Source of the DNA: Nageia nagi
Taxonomy: Eukaryota > Plantae > Pinophyta
DNA: 64,000 nucleotides
Assembly: GCA_050084985.1 (NCBI GenBank)
Contig: JBITNC010000001.1
Location: 19,530,001 to 19,594,000, forward strand
Direction: 5' to 3'
The notes beneath the pieces were generated by a model. The model was not told the DNA's origin, searched no databases, and was given only the letters and a program-made list of their open reading frames with translations. The translations under genes and the position numbers were made by a program. Below, piece by piece: positions 36,801 through 48,800 of this stretch. Within the stretch, counting starts at the first letter, position 1. Every line of letters starts with the position of its first letter.

Positions 36801-39800
36801 TTCTCTCCTTGTATATTTGATATTCCCACCCGTCATTCCTCATGGCATAGTGATCCCACCTAGATTCCAACCACCATTTGGGATAAGCCTTCTGTTGTGA
36901 CTAAACACAACACGCCCCAAAATCCTGCCCCTCACTAACTCGTCGCCCTCACTAACTCGTCTTCACAAAGGGTCATGTTTTTGTCTCCTACAATTCAAGT
37001 GTTTCGGAAGACCTGGATACTATGTCAAGTTGTCCTAAACCTAAGTCTCATCAATCGCTTGGTCTTAGTCATGTTGAGCCAAAATCCCAAATTTCCCAAA
37101 AAATGGCTAAGTCTAGAAAGACTAAAGCCGATCTTAGGTGAGCCAGGGGAGTCCAAATCAAGTCGAAACAATGTTAAGCTAAATTGGGCCCCTTTGAGGC
37201 CCAGCACATGTCTCAAAAAGACAAAATCTTGTCTTGAGCATGCGCTTGGGCCAAGGAGTCACCTAGATTGGAAACACATCCAAAAAAGCAAACTGGGCAA
37301 TTTTGAGGCTTGGTGCATGCCTCAAAAAGACAAAATCTTGTCATTCTGAAGCATGCGCTCGAGTTAGGGAGCAGTCTAGACCGGAACTGAGCAGAGAAAA
37401 GGCAAGGACAAGGAACAACAAGGCTAGCCCATGCCTCAAAAGGACAAAATCTTGTCTTGTGGGAGCATGCGCTCAAGCTGGAAAGATGCACAAGTTGAGT
37501 TCGAAGATGAGAAAGTGGACTTCAAGAACCTAAGAGGCTGGTGCATGCCTCAAAAAGGCAAAATCTTATCTTTTGGGAGCATGTGCTAGGAGCTAAGAGG
37601 CATCCAGTTGGTCTGAAAGGTGAAATTTGACTAAGGCACGGACTCCTCAAACTAGCATCCAGCTTAGGCTTGACCTAGGGAGTTGGGAGCACTGTTTCAA
37701 AAGACAAAATCTTGTCTTTTTGTAGCATGCTCCTAGCTCAAAAGGGTTAAGAGCATCGTTTCAACAGACAAAGTCTTGTCTTTTGTAGCATGCTCCTAGC
37801 TCAAGAGAGTTGGAAGGATCATTTCAAAAGACAAAATCTTGTCTTTTTGTAGCATGCTCCTAGCTCAGGAGAGTTATGAGCACCATTTCAAAAGACAAAA
37901 TCTTATCTTTCTGTAGCATGCTCCTAACTCAACAAGACACCAATTCCAAATTTAGCCAAGTCCCACTTGCTAAGGCCCCGAGATAGAACAAACTAGGCAT
38001 GAGCAACCTAGCACATGCCTCAAAAAGACAAATTTTGTCTTTCTGGAACATGCGCTCAAGCTGGTATGATTGGAGAGTTGGGAGCATCGTTTCAAAAGAC
38101 AAAATCTTGTCTTTTTGTAGCATGCTCCTAAGGCAAGGACAAGCCCAGTTGGTCCGAAAGGCGAAATTTCACTAAGGCATGGAGTCTCGAACCTCAAACC
38201 CAGCTTCAGCATGACCAGCGGGGTTGGCGCATGATTTCAAAACACAAGATCTTGACTTTTTGAAACATGTGCCAGACCCAAAGAGCCTTCAGGATGATCA
38301 AAACATGAAAATCAGGCTAAGTTTGGCAAGCAAGGACCAAAAATTGAGCAAATTCAAGCATCTACAACCCAACGCATGCTACAAAAAGACAAAATCTTAT
38401 CTTTCTAGAGCATGTGCTCAAATTGGGAGAGCTAAAGGATTGAGCGCACAATTTGAAAAGACAATCTTGTCATTTTCAATCATGCGCCAAACTTTGGGAG
38501 TGTCCAGGTTGAGCACAATGGTCAAATTTGACACATTTGGGCACTAGAAAGAGCAAAAATCATACGAGTCCAAGCCTCAAGGTGAACTTCAAGGTTCAGA
38601 CATATGAGCAAGGGCGCCAAGAACATCACCGAGCAAAAAGCATGCATCCCCAGGGTTGGCGCATGCTCCAGAAAGACAAAATCTTGTCTTTTTTGGGCAT
38701 GCGCTAGGCCTAGAAAGGCTCCAGAACCCCCACATATAGTTTCCGACAGCCATGCAGGCAATTTCAACTGGGTGCACATCTTGAGGTCAAACACATGGAC
38801 GACCAAGATGAAACTTTTCTTATGTTACGAAATTCTTGGATGAGGATTTCAAGGAACGTGTTGCGGTCTTGGGCCTACCGTCATTTTAGTCACAATTTTC
38901 CAGTTTATTTTTATTTCCAAGAAAATGACATTTATTTTTGCCAAAATACTTTATTATATTATTATTTAATTCCCAAACTTGTGAAGGATGAGGTTTTGCT
39001 CCCACAAGTTTGGATGAAATCTAGTAATGCCATGTGGCACTCTATGATTGGACCACTTGTATTTTCTCGTATTTTAGAATTAGGGTTAGGGCAACATCTA
39101 GGGTTGCCAAGAAAACTATTAATAGCCCATTTGGGCTCATTTGTGGAGGATTAGACACTTTGCATTTGTGAGACTTAATATTATTGCCAGTTGAACAAGT
39201 TTACTCCAAAATTGTGAATGTGGTGTGATTTCAAGTAATTGAATGGTGAATGATTTCATTTGATGGGACTATGAATGTTATTTGTGCACTTTGAGTGATG
39301 AATGCTATTACTATCTTGTCTTATTTGAGTTGCTTGATCATCTCATAAACCTTACTGAGGTGGATGAGAGAGTAGTTGAACATCTCCTGAAGTGATTCAA
39401 GTAAAACTTGACTTGTGATAAGTTCATAGTTTGCATAATTAGACTTGTGCATTTTGTGATGGTTATCTCTTGTGACGCTTAGCTTAGGAACTTCAATCCA
39501 CAATCGAAGATCTACCCACGACCTACCTTCTTCCACCCTTGTCATTGCTTTAGGATCCTTTTACTAGTCCATTCGTGTTGTTGGCTAGTAGAGTGGACGT
39601 GGATTGCGTGGAACCTAAATCAAGCCCAAGAGAAGCATATCCCAATCCTATGTACATGTTGATGAAACCATATGCACCTGTGCTCGATTCATACACCATG
39701 GTCTAATCTACCCTTTTCTTTTATTTTTCACTTTTTAGCGCGGCTTTCGCAACCTAATTGTTTGTTTTGTTTGAGAAACAACCACTTTCTGGAGATAGGG

Positions 39801-42800
39801 ACCCTTCGAATCCTTGGTTAACAAATTACATTTGAGTTGGGAACAACTTCAAACATCTCGACCAATCTCCTAAGTAACCTTGCACACCCCATCACGAGAC
39901 CTTTGAGGTAACCAATCCTCATAGTGGGTAGGGGTCACACCCTATCACCTAGGTGTTGGTGTCTTCCCACAAGCCTTGCAAGCTCATTTGCCCATAAGCA
40001 AGGTAGGAAAGAAAAAGCCCCCAACACCTTCCATGTAGGCCGTTCAAAATGTCTATGTCTGCATGCACCGACTTTCTATTTTTACCATGGAGAAGGAGTA
40101 GACAAGATATGAATTCATGTGGAACCTCTTTGAAGAGTGGAGGAGGGAGTCGCTAATTACTTTGCTCCATCTAATCCTTTGCCTATTCTTGATTACAGCA
40201 ATGAAATCGGTGAATCCTTTTCTGAACTTCAAGTCATCCTCCTTACCAGTGACCCGAGACAACATACTAATAGTCATTGAGACAGTGGGATAGAAATGTT
40301 GTCTCTTTGCATTAATCAATTTGTTCCTAGTGAATTCTTTGCTTTCACTCTCGAGCCAATCTCTGATGAAATCCCCAGCTCGTTGAGATTTCTCATAATA
40401 ATCCAGGAAGTCCTTTTCGGTGTAGATGACCCTTTCGTCACTCCATTTGAAAGCCTCCTCAATGCCCTTTGGGGAGAAATAGAGGATTTTATTGCCATCT
40501 GTATCATAAAGGGCGCGAGTCTTGTAATTGGCATGCCTATCAACTTCGTAACAAAGCTCGGGGAAAGGTGTGGCAAATAGGATGAGGGTGGTTGTAGCCA
40601 ATCCAAAGTTACAAATGACTTGATTGAGCATCTGATTCTTTTCTAACTCGTTGATGGATTGCAAAGTCTGACTGGGATCGGTATGTGAACAATAAGTATC
40701 CCGAATATTGGAGAGATTGTTTTTGAATTTGGCTTCCTTCAAGGGATCTTCGGGATTTTCTTTCGCGAACTCAATTCGAGTGGGTTCAATCAATCTTACT
40801 AGCTAAAGTTCCCAAGTCATTCTCAATTTGGAGTTTATTTTTGACATATTGACCCTGCAAAACAAATTGAGTTAGTGTGGACTAGATTGATAGACACGAT
40901 GGGGATGATATGGCTAGGATGAGTATGGTGTATGACGTCTGGCAATCCTATATGCCCTTTGAGATGAGGAAGATGATGCACAAATGCAGGTAAACTTGAG
41001 ACTTAATGCTCGTGACAAAAGGTGGTTGGTCTCCTTGCATGCCATGTCCAAAGTATGTGCCTTAAACAATAATGCATGCGCACGTCCTTCAACTCATGGG
41101 ACCCATCTTGACAAGAAAACATGCATGAATGCACAAAGGGCTTGGTTAGACCTTTTATGGATGTTAGCTTTCCAACTTGGATGATGTGACCAATACGGGG
41201 ATTGACTTTATGGGACGTGACAACATGAAGGGATGACATACAAACACAAGTAATAGGCGACTAACTAAACAAAACCAAACTTCGATGTGCATTTGAGTGT
41301 GGGACCCCTTTCTTAAAATGAGACTTCTTTGATGCATGTACGGGAAATTTCAAAACGAAAATGCAAATGCGACTTCTATGGATCATGCAACCATGCACAC
41401 CTAGGATGGCCAATGCAAAATGAAACCAATGCAAACTTTAACAACTAAAAAAAAGGTGGCCAATAAATATGGACAGTTTAATTTTAATGCAAGAAAGGGT
41501 GGTTGCATGCTTCAAAAAGATGCAAATGTGACTTAGCAAAACCATGCGACCAGCCTTGGAAGGGTAAATGATTTGCCATAATTGACCGAGTCCCCTACTA
41601 TTATAGCCATCTTGATTGCCAAGTGGCAACGCTTTGGCGACCGAAGGAAGAATTTTCAACAAGTGTCCACTTCCATGCAAAATGTTGTGGTCGCATCTCT
41701 CCAAAAAGATGCAAATGTGTCTTCTTCAAACCATGCAACCAGGGATAGGGGTGTCAAAGTCCAACACTTAGTCAAAAATAAAGCCAAAAGGGTGGTCGCA
41801 TGCCTCCCAAAAGATGCAAATGTAACATTTTCAAACCATGTGACCAACTAGAAAATGCCCCAAAATGGACAAATTCAACTCAAAAGTGCTCAAAAGGGGT
41901 GTTCAAGCCTTTCACAAAAGATAGAAGTGCAACTTTTCCTGACCATGCGAACAGCCTTTAGAGGTATTGGACTATCACTTACCCAAAATTTGAAGACCAA
42001 AACACAAGGAATGGGGTGGTCGCACCCTTTAAAAAAGATGAAATTGTAACTTTTGTCAACCATGCGACCTACGTTGGATTAGCTAAGGTAAAAATGAAAT
42101 TACCTCGCTCTTTTTACACTAAATTGTCATGCCATGTGTCTACTGCTAAACGGCCAGAATGGAGGTCAAATGAGGTCAAGGATGCACATTAGGTGCCAAA
42201 ATGGGGGTGGTCGCATCTCTCCAAAAAGATGAAAACGTAACTTTTCTAAAACATGCGACTAGCTTGGAGAATGAGTTTGAGCACACTTAGCCAATTTATA
42301 GGCTCAAAAACTGTATTGAAGAGGTGGTCGTACCTTTTCCAAAAGATGGAAAGGTCACTTTTTCAAACCATGCAACCACCTTAGAGGGATTGACTTAGTG
42401 GAATTCTAGCATTTTGCCTTAGTCTCTTGAGCCTTTTATAGACCATTTTAGGCACCCAGTGTCATCAAAGGCACGGCCATTCTAGAAAGAAGATGAGAAT
42501 TATGATTGCACCCTTTAAAATAGATAAGAATGTATCCTCCCTTAGCCATGCAATCACCACTTTTGATGTGAAAACTTGGTGATTTTGCTCATTCTTTGAA
42601 ACATGACTGGACCCTCATCAAATGCCCACATTTCCTTCGTCTTTACTTGCATGGGTACTTAGAAAGTATTCTTTCATCTGTTGTAAGCAAGTATTCCGGG
42701 TGAATTTTAAAGTAGCACTTCGGATTCATCTAACTAGCTTGTCTTCACTACACTCTGAAAAGTGGTTCTTCCAAAGCTTAACTCTTTTTGAGCTCCACTA

Positions 42801-45800
42801 TCATCCTTTGACTGAGGGTTCCCAAATTTTGAAAAATTAAGGGGGTGTTGCTTTGTCAACAAAACCATGTTACCATAATTATTGATAAGAGTAAAGATTT
42901 GACAATGTTGGAGTTTGATTGTCATATCAATTCTCTTATGTCCCATGAAGAGATATCAAGAGACAATTTTAGTGAAGGTGATGAGTAGGCTTTTGCCTCA
43001 AAGGTAAGAGTCTCAAGGAGTGATGATGCTAGTACAAGCACAAATCAGAATTCTTCTAGAAGAAGAGGAAAACTTGCAACTAGAGGTAGAGAGAGACTTG
43101 ACAAAAGAAATGTCCAATGCTACAATTGAAAGGCATGGACATTTTGAAAAAGAATATTGAGTTAAAGCTGCAAATGAAGGTAAAAGAGCAAACTATGCAA
43201 ATGAGAATGAGGAAGCTACAAGCAACTTATTCTTATCCTATGACAAGGCTAAGAAGACTCTTTAAAAGATAGTACTTAGATTCTAATTGCTCAAATCACA
43301 TGAAGGGCAACAAGGAGTTGTTTGCTCATATGGGTGAGACTTGCAAGACCAAGATCAAGATTGGTAACAAGTAGTATTCGAAAATACTAAAGGTAAGAAA
43401 CAAATTCCTAATATTTATAAATACTAAAGGTAAGGTAAATATTTATAAATACTAAAGAAGGTACAATAAATATTTATAGATTAAGAATATTTATAAACAA
43501 AATATGTTCAGTGCTGGATAACTTTGTGAAAAGAACCATCGAGTTGTTTTTCTATCGCAAGAAATGTATCATATATGACAAGAACTCTGGGCACAAAGTT
43601 GTCACTACTATTCCTATGACAAGCAAATGGATGTTTCCTTTGAAATTTGGGGGTCAAAGGAGCTACTAGTTAAATGTTACAACTGAAAACAAGATTTCGT
43701 TGTGGCATTTGAAGTATGGCCACTTAAACTTTCAAAGTTTGAAATTGTTGACTTCTCAAAGGTTGGTGTTTGGTTTGCCCAAAGTTGAAGACGATAAAGA
43801 AGTTTGTGAGATGTGGCATGCTAAAGAAAAGTTCCCAAAAGGAAGAGCATGAAGAGCCTCATACCCACTTCAATTAGTTTATTACAAGGTTCCACAAGGC
43901 CCCAAGAACAGGCGAATGTGGGGAACGGGGGAACGTGTTGGGAACGAGGAATTTGTGTTATTTCATTTAAGGAATGAGGGTATGGAGGAATGGAGAATAA
44001 ATCCCCAACTACCGGGAACGCCTCCTCCTAGAGGGGGAACATGTTCCTTTGTAACCTTGTATTATTTTGATATGTGTGGTCCAATGCAAACCAAAATCTT
44101 AGATTACATCATCTTATTTTATCACTTACAGTGATGATTTTTAAAGAATAATTTTTGAAACATAAAGATGAGGCTTTAGATGTTTTCAAGAGGTTTCAAG
44201 TCTTCGTAGAAAATGAAATTGTAGATAAAATTACGCATTAAAGGATTAGCCATGGAGGTGAGTATTGTTCAAAGCAATTTACTTAGCTTTGTAGTGACAA
44301 TTTGGAAAGACCATCTATGTTGATGATGGTAGTGTTGGTGGTGGATAATCCACTAGTGTACTCACTCCTCCACCAAGTCCAACAAGCAATCCTAAGGAGA
44401 GTTCTTCAAGTGATTCATCTCCAAGTCACATTTTTGATCTTATGAAGACTAATAAGGGGAAGCGAGCTCTTCAAACTCACCCTCCAAACCAAAAGCTTGA
44501 TAGCAATTTTGAAAGGAGGCTCACAAGGAGTTAAGCTCAATAAGTCAATCAAATTGTTACAAGGTTGGAGAGTCCCTGTACATATGAAGATGATTGAGAA
44601 GATCCTATTGTACCCACACAATACACCCGAAAATACAATATTTTGGGGACCCTATTTTTACTTACGCAAGGAAGGAAATGGCCTAAAAGATGAGTAAAGA
44701 GATGGTTTTGAAGTGGTTAAAGTGATCAAACGATGAAATGATGCACGGAGGCTTCCAACATAGTTCACCAAATGATTCAATCGCCAATTTGGAGCAGTAA
44801 GGAGCCGAGATTTGAGCAACACATTGGAGTACAAGTTTTTTGGGTCTTGAAAAGGCTTATGGGAAATAAGCTCATTTTTTATCCTTAGCAAATGCAAAAT
44901 TTGACAAGATGGGTTTGTGGAGGGGACCACAGCAAGTGTCTTTAAAAATGGAATTTTCGAAAACCAACCAAAATTGCAAGATTTGTACCAAGGGAAAGTT
45001 TTTGACGGTTTGATGGCATCAAAGGCTCTAAATGTGTGCTTAGTGAAAAATTAGCCCATTTTGATCTCCACCAAATGCAGATTTTGAAGGTATGAGCTTG
45101 TAAAGGGTACAAAATCAAACACATTTAAACTTGAAACCTTGTCCAAAGCATCAAAATTGCTCAATCTAGGCGAGGGCGCACTTTTTGGGGGTTTAGCATC
45201 ACCAAAGGAAAAAAATCAATCCCTAGAACAAGAATGCACAAGTTTGACCAAATTTTGATCAAAGTTTTGAAGGGACATACATGTACACAATGGAAAATTG
45301 AACACCTTTGCTCTTGGGACTTTGCCAAAATAATGCTCTCCAAGACTAGGCGCAAAAATGCTCATTTTTTGTCAAACTCAAACACAAAATTTGATCACAC
45401 AAGCTTGTGGAGCATGAAAAATCATACATGTTTAGACTTGGAACTTTTGGAAAAGCATCAAAAACACTCCCTCCACACCTAGGCGCAAAGTTTTTAAGGA
45501 TTGGTGTCACCAAAGACAAAAAAATAACGCCTAGGAGCAAAATGACATGATTTTGGTCTTTGAGAAATGTGGAATTTGAATACACAAGGTAGTGAAGGGT
45601 GCAAAAACAAGTGCTTTTGCTCTTAGAAGTGTTCCAAACTAACAAAAATGCATCTTGCCTACCTATGCGCTGATTGTTTGGCTTTGATGTCATCAAAGAA
45701 AGAAAAATGGCGCCTAAGTGCAAGACCCTCCTTTTTGACCAAAATTTCAAAATCAAATTTGAGCATATAAGCATATGAAGGGTCAAATTTCAAGCATATT

Positions 45801-48800
45801 GGCCTTAGAACTTAATCCAAAAGATCAAAATGTACAAAATAGAGGTAGGCCCTGATTTTTTGGCTTTGACATCACCAAAGGCTGAAAATGTGCACCTAGA
45901 GGAAAAGGGCTCATTTTTTTTACTTGGACAAAAATCAAATTTGAGCACATGCGAGGATGGAGCATCAAAATCCAAGCATATTTAACCTTGGAAGAATGCA
46001 AAAAGGATCAAAAACACTCACTAGAGAGGTGGGTGCTGATTCTCAAGGATTGGCATCATCAAAAGCCCAAAAACTAGCAGCTACAATGAAATGGACCTTT
46101 TTCGACATTTTTCAAAAATCAAATTTTAAAGCATGAGCATGTGGAGGGCCCAAAACCAAGCAACTTCGCTCTTGGAACCTTTCAAATTGATCAAAATTGG
46201 CACTCCAAGACATAGGTGCTGATTTTGGGGTTTTGGTGTACCAAAGGAGGAAATGGACGCCTAAGTGAGAATTGACGCTATTTAGCATGCAAAAGACACT
46301 ATTGGGAATGCAAAATGCACCAAAATCTTATAAATACAAGCCTAATGTATTCATTTGCATCACAATACACTTACTCTCCAAGTTAGGTGCCATTTTTTGG
46401 ACATTGATCACACCAAACATGAAAAATCAGCGCCTACTTCCAAAGTCCAAAAACATGGCAAAACACTCACAAGATCCATTGCCTATCCATCCATGAGGTT
46501 ATTTGAGCATTCCAAGCACTTTCCAAAAAAAATTCCAAAATCAACCCTTTTCATTTTTGCCATTTTTTTCAAACTTGTCAAAACTTGAAAAAAGAGCATC
46601 GGAGGCACTTTTCCAACTCAAAAATCTTAAAAGCCAAAGAGTTTGGGTAATCAAAACAAACTACAAAGATGAGCACCTTGGATGGGTGAAGAAGACCCAA
46701 CACTGGCTTACCCTTAACCGTGGGTTCTTCCCCAACATCCAAACCCATTCTTCAAGCTCCAAAGCTGCCCAAAACATATCAAAAATCCTCAAAGACAGCC
46801 CAAAAACAGCAAAGTGATTTGGACCTCAAAACCTTTTTTGTTTTTCCTAAAACTGGAATATGATGCTTATAGAATTATTGCCCATTCATCTGTGAAGTTG
46901 TCACAAAATTCCGACAAGCTTGAAAATTTGCTTAAAATCAATCCAAACACCTCTGCCAAAGCTCAAAAACTTGTTAAAATCAGCCAAAAATCCACTATTA
47001 ACATTTTCTCTTATGTTATAGGTTGAACTACAGCTGACTGTACAAGAGGAAGGAGACTGAGCCAAAAAAGGAGGAAAAGTGCTCGATGGAGTACACTTGA
47101 CAAAGCATTATGTGCCATTTATGTCTCAGACATTCTAAACTTAGTCATAGTTCTAATTTGGAGATAGCCATGTTGTGGCTAACTTAGTAGTAAATTTAGT
47201 TGTTTTTAGATAAATTAGTGGAATAAGTTTTTTACTCCCACATGAAAAATGTAAAACTCTATAAATTGACCCAAGGGTCTCATTATTGTCAGAGTGAAAA
47301 ATTTGTAAAAGAGGAGCAAACTTGAATATTTGTGCAAAACCCCATTTTTATCAAATTAATGCAAAGTGGTGAACTATTCAATCAAACTGGATTTATCATA
47401 TATGGAGTCGTGGATTTGAACTTTGAGAGCTTTCTTGTGTGATTCAAATGCCTTTGCACCCTTTCCTTGAAAATTTTAGAATTTTAGGAAAACTTTTTGA
47501 AATTTTTTTAAAAGGTGATTGATTCATTCCTAGATCGTTGATAATCCATAACTTGCATGTTAAATGAATGTATTCTGAATTTTCTTTCATTCTATGTCAT
47601 CCAATTAGACCTTTCTTCGAAGCAAGTCGGTTCATGCGTTTTTCGCTAAGTTCTTTTGATTGCCAATTGATCCTATAAAAGGAGTACCAACAATCAGCTT
47701 TGCTCTTTGCTCTTTGCTCTTTGCTCCATTTTGGAAATAACTTGGACTTATGTCATTTATTTCCAGATTGGATGAATTCAAATGAAAACTCTTAATCAAT
47801 CCGGAAAGTAAAAGATTTAAACAATGCTTCATTACGAGTCACTTTGAAATCTAATCAATATTGTATTTTATCATTCTCATTTTATGTTTTCTTTTTTGAC
47901 TTTTTTTGAAAACACAACCACCTTCTGTCATTACATAAAAACACCTCAATGCCCTATAAAAAACGTGAATTAACTTCCATTACCTCTATTACACCATCAA
48001 GTTGATTACCAAACAAGAGCCATTAAAATTGAACTTGCATTTTTGCAACTTTGAATACAAAAAGATTGGGGTATTAGTCCTTACAAGAGGGGATAAGTAA
48101 CGCTATCTCATATAAATGTTGGGTTGCTTTCCCATTTACCTTCTCTTTGACGATCTTAGTTAGAGGAAAGATTTCCATCCCATCAAAAATTGGCGCTAGA
48201 AGGAGGGCCTTTTGAATTGTTTTTGTACTTTTTCTAATTGTTATTTTTCGATTCTTTTTGTTTTTGATTTACTCTTTTAAGCTTCAAACTAGGAAATAAA
48301 AAGAAAACCAAAGTGTATACTTGATCGAAAGTTAAAGCAGCAAAGGAGGCAGCGAAAAGGGAGTCAACTAAAGCTACAAATCAAACTCCAAGTCAATCTC
48401 AAAGCAGTCCCATATCCGAATTCAGTTTACCTGGGTCCAATACACCACCAAGGCAACGTATTTCTCCAAGAGCTATTGTTACCCCTTCAGTTATCGATCC
48501 TCAAATTGTGCAATTGATCATGCAAACAGTATCAACAGTATAGCCAATTGTGCAACCAACCAGTTGTTCAAATCCCTGTTAACAATTCGAACATTCAAAT
48601 GGTGGGAGGAGCACAAGTACTGACTTGGTTGAAAGGAAGTCCAATCAATATTGTGGGTTAGGCAAATCCATTTCCCATAAAATTGGATAGATATCTTCCC
48701 AAATATGTACATAGTGGCCCAGTAACGGTTGAAGAGCATGTCCAAAGGTACAACAATGGGTTGTCTAGGCTACAAGTGCAACATGAAGATGTGGCTCACG

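Larger units (their letters stand above)
34336..40847 (-). pseudogene. Retroelement extra ORF of about 1,100 codons, function unknown, split by the 36976-40087 insert
   Basis: ATG 40847 is in frame with ORF 40053..40793 across one stop; coding continues below about 36970 ([17 protein letters not shown], ORFs 36178..36645 and 35567..35803) to a TAG near 34336. Confidence 0.7.
33434..42861. mobile_element. Truncated Gypsy-type retroelement fragment C carrying a large extra ORF; element orientation unresolved
   Basis: Interrupts Copia F gag; clean right end ...TTTGTCAACA at 42861, after which gag resumes ([14 protein letters not shown]); rearranged left end with no TSD; no gag/pol motifs seen. 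Confidence 0.7.

Noticed and set aside
37204-38704. CRISPR array
   Set aside because: Eukaryotic LTR context with no cas genes. Repeats are degenerate, spacer lengths are irregular, and several spacers are copies of each other (about 37600-37660 versus 38145-38205, plus the 64 bp tandem units).
34067-39154. Many short plus-strand ORFs in the ORF track
   Set aside because: They are antisense shadows of the minus-strand extra ORF or translations of the palindromic repeats.
36901-40085. The 3.1 kb insert being spliced out as an intron (ATG|GTAAAA ... GTTTAG|TCA)
   Set aside because: The phase is compatible, but the acceptor is weak and the splice would drop about 20 codons that appear to belong to the ORF. 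An LTR insertion is the simpler explanation.
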